The position numbers and the translations under genes are program-made. Shown here one piece after another: positions 7,402 through 12,864 of a stretch of DNA of 12,864 bases (position 1 is its first letter; each line of letters opens with the position of its first letter). The notes under the pieces were generated by a model. It saw only the letters and a program-made list of their open reading frames with translations, did no database searches and had not been told where the DNA came from. Where the stretch lies: the NCBI GenBank assembly GCA_945861645.1, contig CAMAVZ010000047.1:1-12864 (forward strand), written 5' to 3'. Source of the stretch: Opitutus sp. GAS368 (GTDB lineage Bacteria > Verrucomicrobiota > Verrucomicrobiia > Opitutales > Opitutaceae).

Positions 7402-8463
7402 ATGAAATCCCTGCGGCCTTTTCATTTTCTCGGCGGCCCACTCACTGGGTGGTGCCGCGTGCTCATCCTGAGCCCAGTCATCGCCATCACGCTGCCCGCC
7501 GCAACCAGCAGCGCGGCGATCGTCTGGCAAGAATCCACCCCGCTGCCCGAGCCCCGCGATGGCTACGCAACCGGGGTGATCGATGGCCGCTTAATTCTGA
7601 TCGGCGGAGTTTATTGGGCCGGCAGCAAAGGCCATTGGACGAAAAAAATATTTAGCGCCACGACCCATGCATTTGAACCGACCACCCAGCGTTGGGAAAA
7701 AATTCCCGATGCCCCCGTAACGCTGGGCTATACCGCCGGCACCCAAGTGGGGAACGAGATCTTTATCTTAGGCGGTTTGCAAAATGGCCAGCCTGGGCGC
7801 GGCGTCTATGTCTTGAGCAAGGTTGGTGAAAATTATAGATGGCGCCAAGATCGCCCCCTGCCGGCCGGACGATTATTTGCCAATGCTGTGACGATTGGCA
7901 AAAAAATCTACGCCCTCGGCGGCACCAGTACCTTTGAGCCTTTTGATGCCATCGGCACCTGTTGCACGAGTCAGACCGCCGTCAACACGCTTTGGGTCCT
8001 TGATACCGCCGACCCCACGCGGGAGTGGCAGCCCCTGACCGGCTATCCCGGCGCCGCCCGCTGGACCCAGACGGCCGCGAGCGCGGGTGCGTTCATCTAT
8101 CTCTTTGGCGGCAGACATAGCGTCGCGCAAAATACCCCGCCCACCCTATTCAATGATGTGTTGCGCTATGATACCGCGCATGACCGCTGGTCTCGGATCG
8201 CCGACCTCCCTGCTGATCTGCAATCAGCGGCTCCCGTTAATGTCCGCGATAAAATTATTTTGATTGGCGCAAAAAATATCGTGATGAGCTTCGATCCGCT
8301 TACGGCCCGTTTTTCCTCGGAGGCCGCCTTGCCCCAGGATGCCAGTGTCAGTTCCTTCGTCTGGATCGATCCCCTCATCGTGGGCGCCGGCGGCGAAAAT
8401 AGTATTGAGAGTCCTCGGCGCCGCTCGGAGTGGACGTTTATGGGTCGACTGAGCGAAAAATAA
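7402..8463 (+). CDS. Secreted Kelch-repeat beta-propeller (NanM/mutarotase-like), 353 aa
   Basis: Repeated Kelch blades: LILIGG, IFILGG, IYALGG and IYLFGG, with FEPTTQRW, YDTAHDRW and LPxPR motifs. Hydrophobic N-terminal signal ending SSAA. Confidence 0.88.
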   Translation: MKSLRPFHFLGGPLTGWCRVLILSPVIAITLPAATSSAAIVWQESTPLPEPRDGYATGVIDGRLILIGGVYWAGSKGHWTKKIFSATTHAFEPTTQRWEKIPDAPVTLGYTAGTQVGNEIFILGGLQNGQPGRGVYVLSKVGENYRWRQDRPLPAGRLFANAVTIGKKIYALGGTSTFEPFDAIGTCCTSQTAVNTLWVLDTADPTREWQPLTGYPGAARWTQTAASAGAFIYLFGGRHSVAQNTPPTLFNDVLRYDTAHDRWSRIADLPADLQSAAPVNVRDKIILIGAKNIVMSFDPLTARFSSEAALPQDASVSSFVWIDPLIVGAGGENSIESPRRRSEWTFMGRLSEK

Positions 8464-8548
8464 ATTTCCCGCTGATCCACGCCCCCCCATCTAATTTTTA
8501 TCCCGGGTCCGCCCGCCCAGCGCAGCCAGATCTAACCCACCCCACCCC

Positions 8549-9289
8549 ATGCAACGATCGCAACTTGATGAAATCCGTCCGGCCTACGAGAGAGATGGCT
8601 ATGTTATTGTCCGAAATGTTGTCGCCCGCGACCGCATGGCGGCGGCAGAACAGCACGTCCACGCTACCCTCGCCCAGCATCCGGGCGTAGCCTTCGACAA
8701 GCTGCATCAGATGCCCTTTTATCATACCGATCCCTTCTACCTGCAGTTGATTCGCCAGCCCCAGTTGCTCGATCTAGCCGCCCAATCGCTGGGCCCAGAC
8801 CTCGCGCTCTTTGCCACCGGGTATATTATCAAATCACCCAGTAGCAGCATGGCGGTGTTGTGGCATCAGGATGGCAGTTACTGGCCCTTGGAACCGATGA
8901 ATGTCTGCACGCTCTGGCTAGCAATCACCGAATCGAAAATCCACAACGGCTGCATGCGGGTCATTCCCGGCACCCAACACATGGACTTGCAGGCGCTGCA
9001 GGAAAGAAAAGACCAAGCCAGCCTCCTCGGTAATAGCATGGATGAGTCACTGGTCGACGAAACCAAGGCGGTGAATCTGGAACTCAATCCTGGGGATGTT
9101 TCCATGCATCACCCGAACGTGATTCATGGCTCAAATTCTAATCAATCCCCCACTCAGTGGCGGCTCAACCTAGTCATTCGCGTCATCGCTTCGAGCACCC
9201 GGATCACCGATCCGCAGTGGCCGGGCGTATTTCATTTGCGCGGGCAACGGCGCGAGGATGTGAACCGCTATTTGCCCGAGCCAATCTAA
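8549..9289 (+). CDS. Phytanoyl-CoA dioxygenase (PhyH) family Fe(II)/2-oxoglutarate oxygenase, 246 aa
   Basis: YERDGYVIV, the iron motif WHQD, TLWLAI, NGCMRVIPGT, LNPGD..HHPNVIHGS (distal His) and a downstream Arg (WRLNL). Confidence 0.93.
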   Translation: MQRSQLDEIRPAYERDGYVIVRNVVARDRMAAAEQHVHATLAQHPGVAFDKLHQMPFYHTDPFYLQLIRQPQLLDLAAQSLGPDLALFATGYIIKSPSSSMAVLWHQDGSYWPLEPMNVCTLWLAITESKIHNGCMRVIPGTQHMDLQALQERKDQASLLGNSMDESLVDETKAVNLELNPGDVSMHHPNVIHGSNSNQSPTQWRLNLVIRVIASSTRITDPQWPGVFHLRGQRREDVNRYLPEPI

Positions 9290-9307
9290 GTCGATCCCGC
9301 CTTGGCC

Positions 9308-9343
9308 GCCTGACTTCGGCGCGTAGCGCGCTCCGATTCAGGC
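9308..9343 (+). other. Intergenic GC-rich stem-loop
   Basis: GCCTGA/TCAGGC outer stem with TCGG/CCGA and CGCG/CGCG inner stems around a TAG loop. No U-tract. Confidence 0.5.
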
Positions 9344-9374
9344 TCTCAGCCTAAACTCTCGTTCATCTCATTCT

Positions 9375-10088
9375 ATGAGCACCCCAGCTATATCCATCCC
9401 AGCCACGATCGCGGTACCAGCGGGTCAAGTAACTCTCGGCGTGCCGTCCTGTCCCCCGCGGCCCAATTTCCCGTGGATCTGGCCCACTGGGGCCGTGGCC
9501 ACGGTGGCGGCTTTTCAGCTGAGTCGCACGCACGTAACTAACGCTGAATATCACGCTTTTCTGGCGGCGACTGGCCACGCGCCGCCCAAACAACTTGAGC
9601 ACCCTGACTTCAGCAACCCGCAGCAACCGGTCGTCGGTGTTTCGTGGAACGACGCCACCGCGTACTGCGCGTGGCTAGCCCAAGCCACGGGGCAACCCTA
9701 CCGTCTACCCAGCGACAGCGAGTGGGAATACGCCGCGCGCGGCGGTCGCGCGGGGGCTATTTTCCCTTGGGGCGATGCCCTTGATCCGAGTCTGGCCTGC
9801 TTCGGCGGCCAAGCTGCCCCCAAGCGGGTGGGCAGCTTCCCCCCCAACGGTTTTGGTTTATACGATATGACGGGCAACGCTTGGGCTTGGTGCAGCGATC
9901 GTTTCGAGGACGTGAGCGGCGGCATTAAAGCGAGTAATCAGCCGACCGGCCAACCGACCGCCGGCAATCGGGTGCTGCGGGGCAGTTCCTTCATGTCGTG
10001 CCATTATCTGAATCTCTGGATCGCCTACCGCCACGAGGATCCCGTCGATCTCCAGCATGAATCGATTGGCTTTCGCATCGCTCTTTAA
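9375..10088 (+). CDS. Formylglycine-generating-enzyme (FGE/SUMF1, EgtB/PvdO-like) fold protein, non-canonical, 237 aa
   Basis: VTNAEY..F, QPVVGVSWNDATAYCAW, YRLPSDSEWEYAARGG, FPWG, PNGFGLYDMTGNAWAWC, RVLRGSSF and IGFRI. Confidence 0.92.
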   Translation: MSTPAISIPATIAVPAGQVTLGVPSCPPRPNFPWIWPTGAVATVAAFQLSRTHVTNAEYHAFLAATGHAPPKQLEHPDFSNPQQPVVGVSWNDATAYCAWLAQATGQPYRLPSDSEWEYAARGGRAGAIFPWGDALDPSLACFGGQAAPKRVGSFPPNGFGLYDMTGNAWAWCSDRFEDVSGGIKASNQPTGQPTAGNRVLRGSSFMSCHYLNLWIAYRHEDPVDLQHESIGFRIAL

Positions 10089-10170
10089 ATAACTCGGCCT
10101 TAAATTTTCACCTTCACCCATTCGACGTTCCCGCGGTAGACCCGACCGCAATTTTCATTAACCACCCTTC

Positions 10171-10175
10171 AGGAG
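10171..10175 (+). promoter_or_regulatory. Shine-Dalgarno sequence of the Gfo/Idh/MocA gene
   Basis: AGGAG lies 8 nt before ATG 10184. Confidence 0.6.
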
Positions 10176-10183
10176 AAATCACC

Positions 10184-11206
10184 ATGCGCTTTGGAATTGT
10201 GGGGCAAGGCTCGATGGGCAAACGCCGCGTGCGTTGCTTGCTGGCCAACCAGGTGCCGGCGGAGCAAATCACCGTCTTTGATACGCGCCCAGATCGCCTG
10301 CTAGAAGCCCACGAGAAATACGGCGTCAACACCACGACCGATTTCGCGGCCTTGCTGCAACAGCCGGCGTTGCAGGCCATCTTAGTTTCGGTCCCGGGCT
10401 TTTTGCACATGTCCTACTGCCTCGCGGCCGCCCGGGCCGGTAAACACTGGTTCTGCGAAGTCCCGCTCGCGATCAACCTCGAGGGCCTTGCTGAATTAAA
10501 AAAATTAACGCGGGAGCAAGGCCTCGTGGGCGCCCCGGGTTGTCAGGTTTTGTTTCATCCTCTCGGCCGCGCTCTAAAAGATTGGTCCATGAGTCCCCTC
10601 GGCGGTCCGATTCTCGCGGCGAGCTACGCTTGCGGCATGTACCTGCCCGAATGGCATCCGGCGGAGGATTATCGTAAATTTTACGCCTCCAATAAAACTT
10701 TGGGGGGCGGCAACCTTGACGTGCTGGCGCAGGAACTGGTTTGGATTTGTGGGATTATTAATCGGCCGATCCAAGCGGTCACCTGCCGAGCAACTAAAAC
10801 CAGCTCGCTGGAATTGGCGCCGGGAACCCCCGACCAGCAGGCGATCGTTATCGAATTTTCGGCCGGCCCTGCCTTGTCGGTGCACCTCGATCTGGTCGAT
10901 CGCACGCATGAGCGCCTGATTCGATTCGCCACAGCCGATTCCACGCTCAAGTGGTCCACACTGGAGCCTTGTCTTCAGCAATACGACGCCGCGGCGAAAG
11001 TATGGACCCGCTTGCCTCAACCTGATGGATTTAATTATGAGACCTGTTATACGGCCGAGGTGGGTCAATTCTTACGGTGCCTTGATCACGCTGAACCGTG
11101 GCCAGTCACGCTAAAAATGGCCGAGCAAATCGTGCGCGTATTGATGGCGGTCGAGCAAAGCCAAGTGACAGGCCGCACCGTGGCCTTGACCGAAGTGTCA
11201 GCCTAA
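10184..11206 (+). CDS. Gfo/Idh/MocA family NAD(P)-dependent oxidoreductase, 340 aa
   Basis: Rossmann motif FGIVGQGSMG, AARAGKHWFCEVPL (EKP-equivalent), YLPEWHP.EDYR..Y....LGGG and a C-terminal E..QFLRCL...P. Confidence 0.9.
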   Translation: MRFGIVGQGSMGKRRVRCLLANQVPAEQITVFDTRPDRLLEAHEKYGVNTTTDFAALLQQPALQAILVSVPGFLHMSYCLAAARAGKHWFCEVPLAINLEGLAELKKLTREQGLVGAPGCQVLFHPLGRALKDWSMSPLGGPILAASYACGMYLPEWHPAEDYRKFYASNKTLGGGNLDVLAQELVWICGIINRPIQAVTCRATKTSSLELAPGTPDQQAIVIEFSAGPALSVHLDLVDRTHERLIRFATADSTLKWSTLEPCLQQYDAAAKVWTRLPQPDGFNYETCYTAEVGQFLRCLDHAEPWPVTLKMAEQIVRVLMAVEQSQVTGRTVALTEVSA

Positions 11207-11248
11207 CTTTCTCTCTTCCTGCTCTTCCCGACTAACTCCTCCCCCCTC

Positions 11249-12229
11249 ATGCGTGCATCTCGTTATTGCTTAATTCTCCTGGCCGGCCTTTGTGTTGCCC
11301 TTAGCGCTAATGCGGCCCCGGCCAAAGCCTACACGATCGCGGTTGTTCCCATGGGCACGACGCATGAATATTGGAAAATGATTCATGCGGGGGCCTTGCA
11401 AGCCCAAGCCGAACTGCGCGCTTCAGGACTGGCGGTCGATATTATCTGGAAAGGCCCCCTGCGCGAAGATGACCGCGACCAACAAATCCAGGTCGTTGAG
11501 AATTTTATTGGCCGCCGAGTCAGCGGGATCGTCTTAGCTCCCCTCGACTCTCGGGCCTTAGTCGCCCCCGTGGAACAGGCCATGAAGGTGGGTATTCCGG
11601 TCGTCATCGTAGACTCCGGGCTGCAGTCCTCCGCATTGGTCAGCTTTATCGCGACCGATAATCGCGCAGGGGGGCGCCTCGCCGCACGGCGCCTCGGGAC
11701 CTTGCTCCAGGGCCGCGGCAACGTGATTCTTTTGCGCGTGCAAGTCGGCTCCGCCAGTTGTGAAGAACGCGAGGCTGGTTTTCTTGAAGAAATCCAAACG
11801 GCTTTCCCTCAAATCAAGGTCATCTCCTCCAACCAACACGGCGGCGCTACTCGGGAAACCGCGCTCGTTGCTTCACAGAATTTGCTCAATCGCTTCGGCG
11901 CGCAAGTGAATGGCGTCTTTGCCCCCAATGAATCCACCATGGCGGGCATGCTACTCGCCTTGCACGATGCCGGTCTCGGCGGCGGCAAAGTACAGCTCGT
12001 GGGTTTTGCCAATAGCCCAACCTTCGCTGCGGCGCTAAAACGCAACGACCTGCATGGTCTGGTGCTGCAAGATCCCGTAAAAATGGGCTACTTGGGCGTG
12101 AAGACTATTATCCAAGTCCTCCAAGGGGAAAAAGTCCCCGCGTTGGTCGACACCGGCGTCCGCCTCGCGACCATCGAGAATCTGAGCGATCCCGCCATCG
12201 CCTCACTCCTGCCTCAGGTGCAACCCTAA
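11249..12229 (+). CDS. Periplasmic sugar-binding protein (RbsB-like, periplasmic binding protein type 1), 326 aa
   Basis: Signal peptide (..LCVALSANA|A), IAVVPMGTTHEYW, GIVLAP, GIPVVIVDS, IATDNRAGGRLAA, EREAGF, PNE and LVLQDPVKMGYLGV. Confidence 0.92.
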   Translation: MRASRYCLILLAGLCVALSANAAPAKAYTIAVVPMGTTHEYWKMIHAGALQAQAELRASGLAVDIIWKGPLREDDRDQQIQVVENFIGRRVSGIVLAPLDSRALVAPVEQAMKVGIPVVIVDSGLQSSALVSFIATDNRAGGRLAARRLGTLLQGRGNVILLRVQVGSASCEEREAGFLEEIQTAFPQIKVISSNQHGGATRETALVASQNLLNRFGAQVNGVFAPNESTMAGMLLALHDAGLGGGKVQLVGFANSPTFAAALKRNDLHGLVLQDPVKMGYLGVKTIIQVLQGEKVPALVDTGVRLATIENLSDPAIASLLPQVQP

Positions 12230-12355
12230 CTGGCTAGGCTCGAAGAACGGGCAGAGGGTCGGTCACCCGCGGGTTTGCTTCCGAGCGGATGGATGATCGC
12301 CGGATGAAAACACAATAAGATTGCACTAAAGCCAGCGTAGCCTCGCGCTGCGGCG

Positions 12356-12772
12356 GTGCACGAGCTCATCTACTCCTCGACAACGGTACAAGCGATGACG
12401 CCGGAAAATATTTCTGCGCTACTGCTGAAATCTAGGACTTACAATCTGACCAATGCGATTACCGGCTGTTTAACATATTACGATCAAAAGTTCATCCAGC
12501 TCATCAAAGGTGACGAAAAAAACGTGCAAGACTTATATCAGCGCATAAGCAAAGACCCGCGACACACAGATATTATGGTTTTAGGTGAAAACCACATCGA
12601 AGAAAGAACCTTTGCTGATTGGAACATGGCCTACCTTGATTCTGCTCAGAACAATGACTTTGATAAGCCCCTTTTGGTCAGAAATAGGCGGACGCTCAGC
12701 CAGTTTTATTTTGGGGGAAACCCGCGAACGAAAGCTTTCTGGCATATGGCGAAGCAGTTGCTGCAAAAATAG
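12356..12772 (+). CDS. Standalone BLUF-domain blue-light sensor (FAD), 138 aa, GTG start
   Basis: LIYSS (Tyr), SRTYN (Asn), ITGCL, FIQLIKG (Gln), LYQRISKDPRH and ERTFADWNM (Trp, Met). Short C-terminal helical cap and no output domain. Confidence 0.95.
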   Translation: MHELIYSSTTVQAMTPENISALLLKSRTYNLTNAITGCLTYYDQKFIQLIKGDEKNVQDLYQRISKDPRHTDIMVLGENHIEERTFADWNMAYLDSAQNNDFDKPLLVRNRRTLSQFYFGGNPRTKAFWHMAKQLLQK

Positions 12773-12864
12773 CCCCAGCTTAGGCGGACCTTGCCGAATT
12801 TCAGCGAAGAGGAAGCCGGCCGGATATTTACTGGTTGGGTCACTTTTGCGGCCCAACGCTATCC

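Noticed and set aside
8482..8548. C-tracts giving potential minus-strand G-quadruplexes (also 5186-5201)
   Set aside because: More simply explained by the C-rich leader bias seen before most starts; tract spacing is irregular.
8549..9289. Fe/2OG halogenase (SyrB2-like) or ectoine hydroxylase EctD
   Set aside because: The iron motif is HQD; halogenases have Ala/Gly in place of Asp. The EctD signature (FxWHSDFETWH) is absent.
12581..12856. Minus-strand 91-aa ORF at the window end
   Set aside because: It overlaps BLUF by about 190 nt and has no recognisable domain. It cannot be evaluated without downstream sequence.
1..12864. CRISPR arrays, tRNA/rRNA genes, IS elements, defence systems
   Set aside because: No regularly spaced short repeats, cloverleaf or rRNA-like sequence, transposase/integrase motifs or nuclease/ATPase defence domains were recognised.

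Overview
A GC-rich (~60% in most CDSs) accessory metabolic region. It is probably from a Verrucomicrobiota (Opitutaceae-like) bacterium, inferred from the PEP-CTERM passenger-repeat protein and the mostly Shine-Dalgarno-free, C/T-rich start contexts. In order it contains: an AT-rich upstream region; a 75-aa hydrophobic protein with a strong intrinsic terminator; an aldo/keto reductase; and a convergent 1023-aa secreted autotransporter-associated beta-strand-repeat protein with a PEP-CTERM anchor and three ~150-aa internal repeats. Next is an AraC-type helix-turn-helix reading frame with no start codon, hidden in the apparent intergenic gap and missed by the ORF track. A co-directional run follows: outer-membrane beta-barrel, sterol desaturase/fatty-acid hydroxylase, secreted Kelch propeller, PhyH-type Fe/2OG dioxygenase, FGE/SUMF1-fold protein, Gfo/Idh/MocA oxidoreductase, RbsB-like sugar-binding protein, and a low-GC standalone BLUF photoreceptor. 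The best candidate for an undescribed system is the Kelch-PhyH-FGE-Gfo-SBP cluster, where three proteins carry substitutions at otherwise conserved catalytic or ligand-binding positions. No rRNA, tRNA, CRISPR array or transposase was seen. All family assignments come from reading motifs by eye; no searches were run.
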